Source: Chara braunii (Eukaryota; Plantae; Charophyceae). Taken from it: DNA of 64,000 nt. The stretch covers positions 710,244-774,243 of the forward strand of contig BFEA01000008.1 of the NCBI GenBank assembly GCA_003427395.1, given 5' to 3'. The notes below the pieces were generated by a model that did not search any database, was not told where the DNA came from, and worked only from the letters and a program-made list of their open reading frames with translations. Positions 13,001 to 27,100 of this stretch are shown piece after piece. Position 1 is the stretch's first letter. Every line of letters begins with the position of its first letter. The position numbers and the translations under genes were made by a program.

Positions 13001-15045
13001 AATTCTGGCAGCAAAAAAGTGTGCATGTCTTTGCCCCCTGTTTTGACTCAGTAGGTTGAAAAGTTGTGAAAACCTTTTGGTTTGGTGCTCAAGGGTTAGG
13101 AAAACTAAAAGGTTGACAGAATACTAAGAATAGGTAAAGAGCTACAAAGAACGAAGGGTTCTTTCGGCTCTGTTCTGATCAGCAAAAAAAAAATATTAAA
13201 AAAAAAAATCAAACAAGCAAAAAAACAAACGAAGGGTTCGGGGGCAGTGGTGGTTGACATCTTGAACCTACTTTATGTGACTCATGAGATGATGTCCAAG
13301 TTTCGCCAGTTGGAAAGGAATGAGCTCAAACTACCAGGAATACAAGGACTACCCAAAAGACATTTGTTCTTCCATAAGTCTATCATGCATTAAGGCTACA
13401 TCTGAAAACTACACGATGTGACTGGTGAGATAAGGATGAAGTTTTGGATGTCAACGTTTGTCTTGTGCTACCTGCTAGTTTGGATGTTTGGATGTTTAGA
13501 TGGAGGACTTGTCTTTCAACTTTAGCTTGCCACATGAGCTGGAACAGACTGATGCTTTACATGACAGGAAGGCTTCCGCCCACTTTTGCCCTCGGAAAAC
13601 TGTTGTCAAGATTGCCAGCTCAAGTCTGAAAGCTACCTCACGAGACTCATAAGATAAGGTCAAGTTTTGCAACGAACTTTGCCTGCCATGACACTTTTGT
13701 GCTGCCTGGTTACCTATATTCATGAAGGACAGGCTATTCTACCATATGGTCCATGCTTTGCTTGTGCTACCTTCATGAAGGACTGTTTGCACACCTATTT
13801 ATTCGTGTGCATCATCTCTTCTGGGAGGAATGGAAGAGTGGTTAGGTCTCCTGGTATTAGTATCTGTGTGATCGAGTCACGACGTCTTGGTGTTGGACTT
13901 GTTCTGGTACTGGCTTCAAAGGATGAGCTTTCAAAAGGAAACACTTCGTTAAACTGCGTGCTTGATTTTTTGTCTACAGCTCACTTGTTCAGGCAGTGCT
14001 TGACCGCTTGGCTATTCGTTGCGGGTATTCTCATCGTTGCAAGGTATGATTCAACTTTTTGAAGGGAGATTATTGAAGTCAGTAAACTGGAATTGTAATC
14101 AACCCAGTTCCGAGAAGCTTATGCATGAAACACGCCATGCTCAATGATCGACTACCAAAATGATATATAATATATATTACATACTCCAGCGACAAGACAA
14201 AGGAAACAGAAGAGTAGGGGGAAAATAAACTCCAATAACAATGAATGGGTACAGGTCCTCCATTTCCTTCCCCCTTCTACCTTTGGGCTCTCCTCTCTCT
14301 TCTTGCCACCTCAAGAATTGTCAGCCCATCTCTCTAGCAATCACAAAGCCATTCTGTAGTATGCAAAGTTAACCTACAATCTAGTATCAGTCTGGCGCAC
14401 TATAAAACAGAGGTCAATACAATGCCGGCCTTCAGGAGCAAAGCCCTATTTCTGTCCTCACATTGACACCAACACGTAAGAATAGGTAAGCCTCTCCCTT
14501 AAACCTCACTCTCTCATGCTAAGCTATGGTGTATGGATACTCACTCTGCCTATGGCTTCTTAATCTCCCCTATCTGCCTTCTTCCAGCGCACAGCTTTTG
14601 GAGTGTTATCCCGGCCTGGTCTACCTCAGGTTTCCTCCTTGGATGGCCGACATCTTTCGATCCGCATGGCCGGGAATTTCTTGCCGGCAGTGTGTGCCTT
14701 GATCCAGTGAGCCCTTAAGCTTCTTGAAACTGTTTCTGACCTAGGGAGTGTTTGTGATCTGTGACTGTTGTTGACTCTTTTGGCTTCTGCACCAGGGCGG
14801 GCCTGAGTTGATCTTCCGCAGGCCCACCTCCATTTCACCGTTGACCCCAGGCATACCGGCCTAAGAACTTTCTGGAGCCTCTCCCGAGGCTCTAGGACTG
14901 ACTTTTGAACCTAGATTTTCGGCTTGGCAAAAAGCTGCGACCCTTGTTCCGTGCTGATACTGTCCTCACTCCCTTCCAGAGTTGTATGATCTTCACTGCC
15001 CAATCAGTTTTTGTTCCAGTACGCGCCCGCATAGAATCCAAAGGT

Positions 15046-15110
<65 letters not shown>

Positions 15111-15178
15111 CATGCTTTGCATGTGTGTATGTGTTGTTGTGTGTGTGTTCATACATGTCATGTGGTTGTGTACACGCA

Positions 15179-15214
<36 letters not shown>

Positions 15215-18200
15215 GTGTCGCGTTGTTTGTGTATTTTTATTCTTTTTCAACACCCACACACAACCCCTTCTATGCTGGGAGGCACCAGTCCGGTTGCTTA
15301 TCACTGGCAAGCAAATGAACATGAGTCGATGAAACGACCAAGACACCAAAAGAAAATGGGAACAAAGAGGAGCCAAGGGACTATAGGTAAGGGAAGAATG
15401 CAACCCTGGAGGCTCCCTTTGGTACCCAGTCATTGCCTACTAAGCTTGCTCCCCCCCCGGCCTATTGAATCCCCTGCCACCCCTATCCCTCCCCCCCCCA
15501 AAAGCCCATCCTTCTACCGTCCTACCTACCTAATGTCTATACCACATTCTGATGTGGCGTACTTGCACTTGTATTCATAAGATTCCACATCCGTAGCTCC
15601 TCTATTCCATACAACCTCCTCAGGCTTATCATCCATATTTGAACATGCTGTATGCTTCTTTAACCACCAGTACTGTTGACCCTTCCCTTGCTGATCCTTA
15701 AAACGCTCGCTGCGCTTAAAAAAGAAAACGAGCCAGTGCGGGCCTACTTTTGGCTGGAGCCGCCAGCCATTCTACTTTGGTAGGGCAACCCCTGAAACTT
15801 GCGGCTGCATGTATGCTGCATTGGAGAAAAATGGCTGGGAAACGTAGTGGTGGTTTAAGAAACACCACTCCTTCAAGCACAGTACTATGACAGTATGACT
15901 TCAACAAAGATGCAATGCAGCATCAGCTGAAAAACTGGATGCAGGTAAAGCCCTTTCCATTCAAAATAGACAAATTTCGTGAAGGGCTTATAAGATCGGG
16001 CCAACTTGGTAACTACATTGAAACTGTCATATATCATCATTCAAGAATTTAGAGATGAAGTACCAACTGGCCTAGCTCAGTTGGTACACCCGTGTAACTG
16101 TTGAAATGCAGACCTGAGTTTGAACTCCACTGAAGTCTAATGACTAATATACTACAAATCTTGAATTACCTAGGGCCGGTCAGTTTGATAATCATGTCTC
16201 AAGGCCGTCGCACCCTAAAATACTAAAGAAAGCCTCAACGTGGTAAATGATCTAATCACCACCGTTTTCCCCGAAAACAATGCACCCTTATCATAAATGC
16301 ATACAAGCTATCGTTCCGGTCCAATACAGTGGTGATGAGGGCACGTTGTGTTGTGGCGAAGTCGTAGTCAGTGCTCCTGGCCGTGGTTAGACATTTTAGT
16401 ATTAAAATCAACACATACATAAATAAATAAATAATAGAATTTAGAGAGGAATCGGAGTGAGGTATTGTGAAGACAACCTTGAACCACGAGTTTTGTGGAC
16501 GGTTGGAAAATGATGCATGAGATTGTGCCGTATTACTACCGTTTTCCCCGAAAACAATGCACCCTGATCATAAATGCATAGAAGCCATCGTTCCGGTCCA
16601 ATACAGTGGTGATGAGGGCACGTTGTGTTGTGGTGAAGTCGGTAGTCAGTGCTCCTACATACATAAATAAATAAATAAATAGAATTTAGAGAGGAATCGG
16701 AGTGAGGTATTGTGAAGACAACCTTAAACCACGAGTTTCGTGGACGGTTCGATAATGATGCATGAGATTGTGCCGTATTGCGGGTAGGCCACCTGCAAGT
16801 TTGCAGAATTTTGAGTGCGCTGGCTTTGGTAATTATTCGTTTTTGCTTTTCTTTAATGGATAGGTGCTTATGGTCCTGGCTACTTCTCCATTCTCAGGAG
16901 CATCAGTCCAGGTCCTTTCCCCGTGCAAGCCTGAAAATTCATGGTCTCGCACGCTCGATGTTCCCATCCATTTGTGGCCGAGGATCCGTGTGATTGGCAT
17001 TGATATCCGTTGTGGGAGGATTGACTGTCAGATTGGCCTTCCCTTTCAGTTCCGTTTCCGTTGGATCGACTGTTAGATTGTTTTTTTAAGCCCAATGTAA
17101 AAAGGAATGGAAATAGTAAGCCAGATTCTTGTCTCTGTGCCTGTGCCTATGCCAATAGTGGACTTGCGTTAATGTATATGTTGCCCTTGCCTGCTTTAAA
17201 AACTGTGTCCAATGTAGCACATGTTCCTGGATAGAAGCTATCTTACCCCTTATTGACCAGGTTTGCCAGATTTGAGCCTTATGTCGCTGTTCCTCTTCTG
17301 TCTTGATTGCATAAGAAACTTTGTTTTCCTCCATTTTGCTCTGATTTCAGCTTCAGTCGGATCCAATGTGGAGGCCCACACTTTCTGTCGTTAGGTGTGT
17401 AATCTAGTGTAATGCTGCACCTTGCTTTCCAAATCGCCTATAACATTGCCTTCCTGATTGCATAATCACCGGAGCAGTTGAAGGGCATGTTTTGGGAAGG
17501 AATACGGGAAGAGAGAAACACAAAGGCCGTCGCCCTCGCCCAGTATGATGTGGCTTCCTTACAGTTGATCAGACAGTGGAGAATGTTCTCCCGCTTTTGA
17601 TCTGTGCAAACTTTGCAAATATCGGAGCTGTCTGGGTCATTCTTCTTTTGTCTGACGTGTTATTTGTTAACTAGGGGGGCTACGTATGTGATCAGCCATT
17701 CAAGGTCCCTAATTTTGATATGGCGTAGGGAATTGAATTTAGGCCATGGGATCTTCAAAATCTGCCAGGAATCTTTGCCCAGAGTTCATTTCCATCTCTG
17801 GTTTAAGCAGGTTCTGGGTCCTTTTGTAGCCTAGTCTGACTGTGTAAGAACTTGGTACCGGGAATCTCTTTCCCCTTCCTGCTTCTGCTATCCCGGTTTA
17901 TTCAGCCGTCTGCGGTAGCTTGGGCTGTGCCCCAGAACTCTTAACTGTCTCAAGGGAAAGGCACCTAATATTACACCCTTTATATCAGTGCTTACGACTT
18001 TGTTATGTGACTGATTGAAATTCCATCCAACAAAGTATCAGCATGTTCCCACACACCTCCGAGATGACAAAGAGAACCTGGATAAGCAAATCCATACAAA
18101 GCAGAAGTGCTAAACAAAAATAGAATTGAAAATCAAATCAATTCTAGATCCCTCTTCTCTCCCCAATTCAATCAGTAGCACAAAAAAATTGAGAACTTTT

Positions 18201-21200
18201 AGTTTCAACAACTCAGCAAGGTTTCACTGATCGGAAAACTGGGGTTTCTCTTCCCAGACCCAGTGTCCCGGACGAATGGGGGAAGGCAAGCGGTTTGTAT
18301 TACGATACTATTATCCTGTTTGATCATTCTCTTCTGAGCCTTGAACATATTAGTCCTTGCCCTTTTCAAAATCCCATTTGCAACTTTGTTGATGATTCGA
18401 TTGAGAGGCTGTTTAGGATCCCTTCTCCTGTGGAGTGCATAAGGTCCACACCAATGGAGGAATGGACAGAGGTGTTATACATCAGTTGTCCTGAACAGGC
18501 GTTCATCCCAGTCCTGTTGATCGGGTGTGATCACAGCCCGCAGCAACTGGTCGAGTATCTGATTCATCACCTCAGCCTGTCCATTGACTTCGGGGATGTG
18601 TGCATGAATGTCATGTCCAATTTGGAGTGGGGATTGTCCTTGCAGTAGGACTGCCAGTGGTCGCTCCTGAAACATAGGGCTCTATCGCCAACAATAGAGG
18701 TTGAGTGTCCATGGGTACTTGCCCACCTCTTAGAGAACGCATCTGTGATCAAAGGCACTTGCATCTCGGCCAGTAAAGGAATGAACTCAGCAGACATAGA
18801 GAGACGAATAACACAAACTGTCACCTGTCTCAGTCCACAAGGAGTGATCTTGCCAAGGGCAGTGAAATCAATTGAAACAGATTCACCAGGACCATATGAA
18901 AAGGGCAAAGGTTTGAGAAGTCCCATAGGTGGCCGTCTGTGGACCTTGTTCCTTGGGCACATCTCACATGTTTCTAAGTATCGGAGGACATCCATTTTCA
19001 TCACTGACCAATAGAAATGTTGGATCAGAGCAGCATAAGTTTACAGACCCACGAGTATCATGACTCTCTGCAATTGGGATGCACAAGCGTTCCTCACCCT
19101 TGCTAATGGTGTATGGTGAGCCTGAAGTCGGGGCATATCGTGGCTTAGAGTTGGGGTTTTGGGTCTGTTTGCAGATTCTTACTGACAGGGCTGAAGACAG
19201 TGTCTTGAAGCAACTCATCTGCTATGGCCTGTCTCATGGAATCTACAAATGACTCAAATGAGTTTGTACAATAGCAAAGGTGTCGGGTCGACGATAAAGT
19301 GCGCCAGCTACTTTGTTATAGCAACACTCGTTGTTATAGCAACACTCGCTGTGCTTTAGTTCAAAGTCAAATGCATCAATGAACTGCAGAAAGGTGTCAG
19401 GTCTACGAGAAAGCGCGTTAGGTACTATAGCACCCCTTGTGATTCAGTTCAAAGTCAAATGTCAGTTCAAAGTCAAATGCATCAATGAAATGAATGTATC
19501 TCCCCAACTTGTCATTCAACTCCCTTGGGTCTTCATCCTCTGCAACGTCGAGTGAAGAATAGATTTTGAGGGCACAGACAAGGGCGTGCAGTTCTTTCTC
19601 ATAAGTAGAAGCCTGAATGCTTTGTACTGTGATCTGCTTGCTCACAAATTCCACTGGCTTCAGGCAAGTCCCATTATCTTGCTGAAGAACTGTCCCTTGC
19701 ATTGTGGTCAACACAAATGGCAAGGCCGGGTCTGGCAGTTTCAGCAGAGGTGCCTGGGTCAGTGTTTTCTTCAATCTAGAGAAAGGTAACTGGCATTATG
19801 GTGTCCATCTGAAAGGGACATCCTTAGCCAACAGATTAGTCAGGGGAGTGGCTATGGAAGAGAAGTTGCTGATGAACATCCTGTAACGGGAAACGAGTCC
19901 CGTGAATGATCTGATCACTGACTATCCGGGGCTGGGGCCATTCTCGGATAGCAGCCACCTTGGAGGCTTTAGGGGCTAGGCCGTCTGCAGAAATCAACGA
20001 CTGGTCAACAAAGGACTCAATGTAGGGAAACAATTAGTCAGTTGCAGCGGGACTAGTCTCAGGCTCGGGGGCTGATTCATCTTCAGGGGAAGGTGAGTTC
20101 AGTCAAGCAAAAGTGAATGCTACCTCTGTCGGCCTGCTCAGCTTTTTTAACAGTTCTTGCCAGAAGTAAGGCACTCTTTCACAAAGTGCTTGCCTGCACA
20201 GCTCAGGCAAATTCGTCCTTTCTCTTTTGCCAGACCCCTTCAGGGATATGCAGATTCCTCCAAGTGAGGATCCACGGGGCTGGATGGATAATTAGCAAAT
20301 TTGGCAGATTTTGTTTATGCAGCCGTGTCCCTGAATTTCTGGACTGTTCTCATGCGAAGTGGGGCGTTTGCCTGACCCCTTAGGAGTGAAGACCTTTGTC
20401 CCAGAAACTGATTTGAGCACCATGTGAGGCTCATCAATGCTTGGGTCAGAGTCCGAACAGCCTGGTTTGGCGACACTCCGCATCTTGACCAGCTAAGGGA
20501 GCCGATCCCCCCTGGTCAGAACCTGCAAAGTCTTCCACAGTCACCATATCATACATCCTCCCTTTTCCCTTCATGCGGCTGTGGGAAGAGGAGGTGTTTC
20601 CATTATGGGAACTGGTCTGGGGAGGGTTGCCTCCATGTCCAGGGCTGCTCTGCCAAAAGTCCTCCAATCCTGGTAATGCCTTTGTATACGGATCTGGGGC
20701 AGCCCAGATAAACCTCTTCAGTTCGTCTTCCTCTGACATCGACAAAGTGGGAGTAGAGGTGAGCTTCTCCCATTCTGAGTTCAACCGTGAGAGGAACCCT
20801 TGCCACTTTGTTTGGCCTATCTTTACAAGCCCATCGGCTGCCTTCTGGGTCGTTTCCTTGTTATCAAACCTCTCCTCCAGACCTTGACAGATCACATCCA
20901 GTCCACTATGACAGAAGTCCAATCAGCCAGATGCTTCTGAGCCTTGTTGGCCTCAGAAGTGGCCCACTTCAACGCAGCCCCACCAAGGAGCGCCACTGCA
21001 GATCGGACCTTCTCCACCTCAGGATAGGTGTAGCCCTTGAGGTAAGACCTCGTATGGGGTATCCAGTCCGATACATCCACTTTGGAGTTCTCCCAAGTGA
21101 GAACTTCTCAAGCTGGGCCACAGGCCGTGAACAGCTTCCTGTTATGGGTGGATTCCAACAGCATCCACGCTGCAAATTTTTGATGCAGATCAGAAACTGT

Positions 21201-21560
21201 CGGTTGTCAGTCAAGTTGTAGCTCAGTCCCATGCATCTCATCCATCGTGGTCCCAACGGGTAGGCAATTGCTGTCTGCTAGTCCAGTTACAACTCAGTCC
21301 CATGAAAGTCAGCCGCGTCCGGCAAGGAAGGGTACCAGCCAGAAAACTCCAACATTGGGAATCGCAGCAAGTACGAAAGTCTGGCGGCAGCAAAGCGTCA
21401 AAATTGCATTTGTGCCTGTCATTGAAGAATTGTTGCAGACTTGTGCGGTCAAGCATCGAGTGAGCGCTAAAGTAGATAGTGATTGACAGCCTGACGCCAT
21501 GAGAAAGACATAAACACCATGTTCAGAGGCAGAGATACAGAAAGCGTTTTTGGGGGGGAG

Positions 21561-21608
<48 letters not shown>

Positions 21609-24137
21609 TTCAAGTTGAACAGCGGGCATAGTCGCGCAAGTGTTCATACACAAGTCTTTGTTCTATAGGACTTTGAAATGTTCAATCTGTTCCGTAGTGT
21701 GTTCATATCATGGTGGCGTTACGTGATGCACGGTGACCTTGTGATGTTGCGAGTAGTGTGAATTTATAAGATCTTTGCAAGGATGCTAAAATTATTTCTT
21801 GTGGCAAATGTTCGCATGTTTTCACTCCTAGCTGCTGCTGGTGGGCCCTAAAAATTTCCGCTTCGTGGTCATATTGGTAGTCCAGTTTCCGGAGGACCTG
21901 GGGGACTGGTGATTTAAGATTTTTTGGAGCACTTGTGGTATGCAAGGCTCCCACATGGGCTCCTTCAGGGCCTGACATTGGTGTCGGGGGTGTGGGTTGT
22001 GAGTTTGGAGTTGTCGAAGGCCAACGTGCCTCGCCATGAGAGTTGTCTGCCTCCAGGTCATATTTGAACCACAACTAGGGAATCAACGGGTCGTGGCAAT
22101 GGAAGTCGGCACACCCGTCGATTCCCTGGGCAATTAGAACAACCAGTATGCAGCAAAGTGGCATTTTGAGAGGCCCAGTAGTTGTAGGCTAGGTCTAGGC
22201 GGGTACCAGTCCAACCAGTTTGAGTCTAGGGCCTGTACGGGCAATATCAGAGTCTGCAATGATGTTTCCCTCCTAAAGGTAGGAGGTACCGGTTGCTGGG
22301 AAGGCCGAGCGGCCTGGAAGTCACCGCCCAAGAGGCAAGCAGGCCACTATATCTCCAGGTCAGGCGAAGAGCCCAGCCTCATTGTTGGTGTGGAAGTTTG
22401 GCGACACACTGGTTGGAGCGCTGGCTGGAGCAGCGCTAGCTTGGAGCAGCGCTGCTGGGAAAGAAGCAAGGACTTGAAGGAGGAAGAAGGACAGGAAGAG
22501 GGAGGAGCGGCAGATGTACTTACCTGGCTATGGTGGCAGCCATCTTCATCACCTTGGTGGGCGCTGCAGCTGGAAGGCCCCAGCTGGGGTTGAGCTACAC
22601 CAAGAAACCTCGAGGCAGAGTCAGGCATGGCGGCCTGAGCTAGGGCAGCCATAGCTGCTTTGGGTTGTTCCTTTGGACATCTGGGCGAAGCCTAGTAGTC
22701 TGCCATAGCCTCGGCCTGTGAGAGTGAAGAGTGGGAGAGGCGGCCATGGCTATGGTGGACCTCAAGTGATACCTGCAGTAGAAGAGGGATTCGGACTTTG
22801 ATTCTGGGTCAGCTATTCAACATTGTATTATTATTCCTTGTGTGAATAAGGGAGGAGGAGATAAGGAGGAAGAGAGAGTTGAGCGAAGAAGAGCTTTATC
22901 ACTTGTCTATGCTGGTGTACATCTTCTTCTTCTTTCTTACTTCTTCTTCTTCTTCTTCTAACCTTCTCTCTCCTCTCAAGTTCATTCATTTCTTTATGCA
23001 ATTGGACGACATTGCACTATCTCTGTGTGCGAGTGTTGGTCTTCTGACAACAAGCAACCAGGTTCATAGCACAGAGACTTTGGGGATTATTATTTGATGT
23101 CTCCCTCTTCTTCTTCCCACCTTGTCTCTCCCTTCACCTCCTTTGTCTGTTTATGCATTATAGGCATGGTGGCTATCTTCCATGTGTGAGCCGCCATGCC
23201 CATTGTATGGGGAGTGATGATGGATGCATGTGGTCCGTCCTGAGTCAGGATGAGTCAGATCTGTGTCTTTCAGTCTTCTGCTGCATTGTTATTGCTCTTT
23301 CTCCTTCGGTCGGTTCTTGGTTTCTGTGTCATGCCTGTCTGTTGTTCATAGGCATGCGACACTAACTGTGTACTCTTGTTGCCGCAGTACATGGCTCATC
23401 ATGTCCAAGGAGTGCTTTGTTGCTGGGTTACGGTGGGCATTCCGTTACGGAGCCTTTTTGAGGTATGAGCCTCAATTCTCCTTTGTTTGATATTGTTATG
23501 AACTCACTTTCATTAGATGTCTTTTTAAAAAGGGACAGCCTTGAGATATCATCATTGAACTGGCGTGCCCTAGGTAATTGGGCACAGGTGGGTGATCGGG
23601 ATGGTTAGTGCGTGTGGATCACAAGGGGCGTGCCGGGGGCACGTGGGGGGGACCAGTGATTGGGCACGATCCTGACGATTCGGGAGGGAGGGGAATGGGG
23701 CTCGAAACGGGTGCGAAGAAGAAGAAGAAGCGAAGAATTAGAAGAAGAAGAAGAAGAAGAAGAAGTGAAGAAGAAAAGGAGGAAGAAGAGGAAGAAGAAA
23801 AGGAGGAAGAAGAGGAGGAGGAAGAAGAAGCGACAATGAAGAAGAAGAAGAAGAAGAAGAAGAAGTGAAGAAGAAGAGGAGGAAGAAGCAGCGGCAACGA
23901 AGAAGAAGAAGAGAACGAAGAAAAAGAAGATGAAGAAGAAGAAGACGAAAAAGAAGAGAAGTGAAGAAGAACAGGAGGAAGAAGCAGCGACAACGGAGAA
24001 GAAGAAGAGAAAGAAGAAGAAGAAGAAGAAGAAGAAGTGAAGAAGAAGAGGAGGAAGAAGAAGCGACAACGACGATGAAAAAGAAGAAGTGAAGAAGAAG
24101 AAGAGGAGGAAGAAAAGCGACAACGATGAAGAAGAAG

Positions 24138-24199
<62 letters not shown>

Positions 24200-27100
24200 N
24201 NNNNNNNNNNNNNNNNNNNNNNNNNNNNNNNNNNNNNNNNNNNNNNNNNNNNNNNNNNNNNNNNNNNNNNNNNNNNNNNNNNNNNNNNNNNNNNNNNNNN
24301 NNNNNNNNNNNNNNNNNNNNNNNNNNNNNNNNNNNNNNNNNNNNNNNNNNNNNNNNNNNNNNNNNNNNNNNNNNNNNNNNNNNNNNNNNNNNNNNNNNNN
24401 NNNNNNNNNNNNNNNNNNNNNNNNNNNNNNNNNNNNNNNNNNNNNNNNNNNNNNNNNNNNNNNNNNNNNNNNNNNNNNNNNNNNNNNNNNNNNNNNNNNN
24501 NNNNNNNNNNNNNNNNNNNNNNNNNNNNNNNNNNNNNNNNNNNNNNNNNNNNNNNNNNNNNNNNNNNNNNNNNNNNNNNNNNNNNNNNNNNNNNNNNNNN
24601 NNNNNNNNNNNNNNNNNNNNNNNNNNNNNNNNNNNNNNNNNNNNNNNNNNNNNNNNNNNNNNNNNNNNNNNNNNNNNNNNNNNNNNNNNNNNNNNNNNNN
24701 NNNNNNNNNNNNNNNNNNNNNNNNNNNNNNNNNNNNNNNNNNNNNNNNNNNNNNNNNNNNNNNNNNNNNNNNNNNNNNNNNNNNNNNNNNNNNNNNNNNN
24801 NNNNNNNNNNNNNNNNNNNNNNNNNNNNNNNNNNNNNNNNNNNNNNNNNNNNNNNNNNNNNNNNNNNNNNNNNNNNNNNNNNNNNNNNNNNNNNNNNNNN
24901 NNNNNNNNNNNNNNNNNNNNNNNNNNNNNNNNNNNNNNNNNNNNNNNNNNNNNNNNNNNNNNNNNNNNNNNNNNNNNNNNNNNNNNNNNNNNNNNNNNNN
25001 NNNNNNNNNNNNNNNNNNNNNNNNNNNNNNNNNNNNNNNNNNNNNNNNNNNNNNNNNNNNNNNNNNNNNNNNNNNNNNNNNNNNNNNNNNNNNNNNNNNN
25101 NNNNNNNNNNNNNNNNNNNNNNNNCCTACAGGCCCTGTGTCGTTTCAGCCTAAAAGCCTGAAAACAAGGGCCTACAGGCCCTGTGTTGTTTCAGCCCAAA
25201 AGCCTGAAAACGAGGGCCTACAGTCCCCGCGACGTTTCAGCCTAAAAGCCTGAAAACGAGGGCCTACAGGCCCTGTGTCGTTTCAGCCTAAAAGCCTGAA
25301 AACGAGGGCCATTTTCAGGTTCTCATAAAGTCGACCTTCCCTGAAACTTAGGCACCAGACCAGGGTTTTAGCACAGGCCATTTTTGGCCTCTTTTCAAGA
25401 CAACCTTTGTTTGAACTTCAACGCCAGGGTGTGACACGTTTTGGCATTGGCAAGAGCAGCCTCCTGGACGGGCCAGGACTATATAAGACTTGCCCGCCGT
25501 ACAGGCTGCAGGGAGTCACGAGGTAGTTCATAGGGACTTCCCAGGCACTTCACGTGCAGGAGGCAGGAGGCAGTCTTCAGGATTCGGCAGCAGTGCAGTA
25601 GTAGTAGTAGCGTTAGAAGTAGTCTTCAACGGTGGGCGCTATTAGGAGCTAGAGTAGCGTTGGAGAGAGAGAGATGGTTGGCAGAGGCCAGGGAGACTTA
25701 CCTGTGGCGCCGTAGCTCCAGCTTCGTCTTTGATGTACCTGCAACAAGGCGCCCCCTTCACAGGTTAGTACCGGACTGAGAGAGAGAGAGAGAGAGTTCT
25801 TCTTCTTCCTCTTCCAAGTCCACCCATCTCTCCCTCACCCTCTCGCCACCCGACTTCTCAGTATGTGCGGACTACGAGACAGAGAGAGAGGTTGGTGACT
25901 TTGGGACGTGACGACATTTGGATCCAGACTCGACATTGGGATTGAGATACTGGACCAGGGATTATTTGGGACCTGTACCAAAGACTTGGTGTTGACGACA
26001 TTCCCATATTTCCCCTCTTCTTCGTCTAACCCTCCTCTTCTTCGTCTGTGTATGGTTGGGGACTGGTGCATTCTTCCTGAGTGAGCGCCAGGCCCCTTCA
26101 CACCATGGAATGATAGATGATGTATGTTTGGTCTGCATTGCAACATTGATTGTTTGGATCAGCCTTCCGCTGCGCTTATTGGTATATTAGCCCTCCGCTG
26201 CGCTATCTTGTACTGTGTGAGAGAGGTCGGTTCTTGTTCTGGTCTGCACCTTTACGGTATGCGACACTCGCCCTCTCTTGCTCATCCTCATCTTCTCCTC
26301 TCACGGTTCTACACCAACTGAAGACCACCGCTGAACCCCACTGACCTTTTGCAAGCCCAAGCCCGTCTATGGGGGCTGGGCTATGGCACTGCCTTCTTTC
26401 AGCGCCCTACTTACACCAACGCACGCATGCTTCCAGGCACAAACAATAGCACAGCAGCACACGAGCAATTGCTCCAGCAGCGCTGCCGCATGCACTCACA
26501 AATGCCTGAATGACTGAATGGCAGGCGGGCACTTTCCTATTTGGAAAAGTGCTTGCATGTGCAAGCTGCCTGGGCCTGGCGACCGTTCGCCCAGTAGCTT
26601 CACGTCGGGCCAAAGTGTCTGCGCCCAGGCCCATTCAGACAGTGGCTTGGGAGCGAATTGGTTAGCTGTGCCCAACCCCCCCAGGCGCAAACGTGCGGTG
26701 TTCCCTGCTTCCCATTGCTTAGCTGGAAGAGCCTAGAAGGCTCATGAATATTTCTGATTCTCATGAGCACAATGGATGTAACCAAGTGGCGCGTGGCAAC
26801 TGTCTGGCGCCCACCGAATTCAGGCCTCATTGAGATTCAGGGGCCCACCTTCACTTAGGGCGGGCACATGCTAGCTCATAGGGGCCGTATGCAGGTATGC
26901 CGAGGGTTCAAATCGTCGCATCACTGTTGACTTGCATGATTACTAACGTGGGTGAAAGTGCTATGGCATAGGAGAGTACTAGGAGCTATAGTACTCCATT
27001 TGAGAACGTTCAGTAGACAGAAGTGCGCAGCTAGCTTTCTGGCACTCCGAAGGAGAATACACTTGCCCTGGAGGCTCACCTGAGAAATTGAGCTCAAACA

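Noticed and set aside
15810-15860. Shared peptide LE.NGWE..WWFK with 29690-29730, suggesting a pogo transposase
   Set aside because: The similarity is the shared TIR/subterminal DNA, not coding sequence.
15860-15944. Additional ATM exon (cag|gtaaag donor)
   Set aside because: The flanking exons already join without a gap in the recalled alignment, and the peptide shows no ATM similarity.
16066-16137. Functional tRNA gene
   Set aside because: The cloverleaf stems are degenerate; this is the head of a TSD-flanked SINE.
23605-25253. Long low-complexity or X-filled ORFs (also near 7300-8400, 15000, 33700-34600, 44600, 49900)
   Set aside because: They are translations of microsatellites and N-gaps.
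25125-25310. CRISPR-like array of palindromic repeats
   Set aside because: The units are contiguous with no unique spacers, lie inside an LTR, and there are no cas genes.
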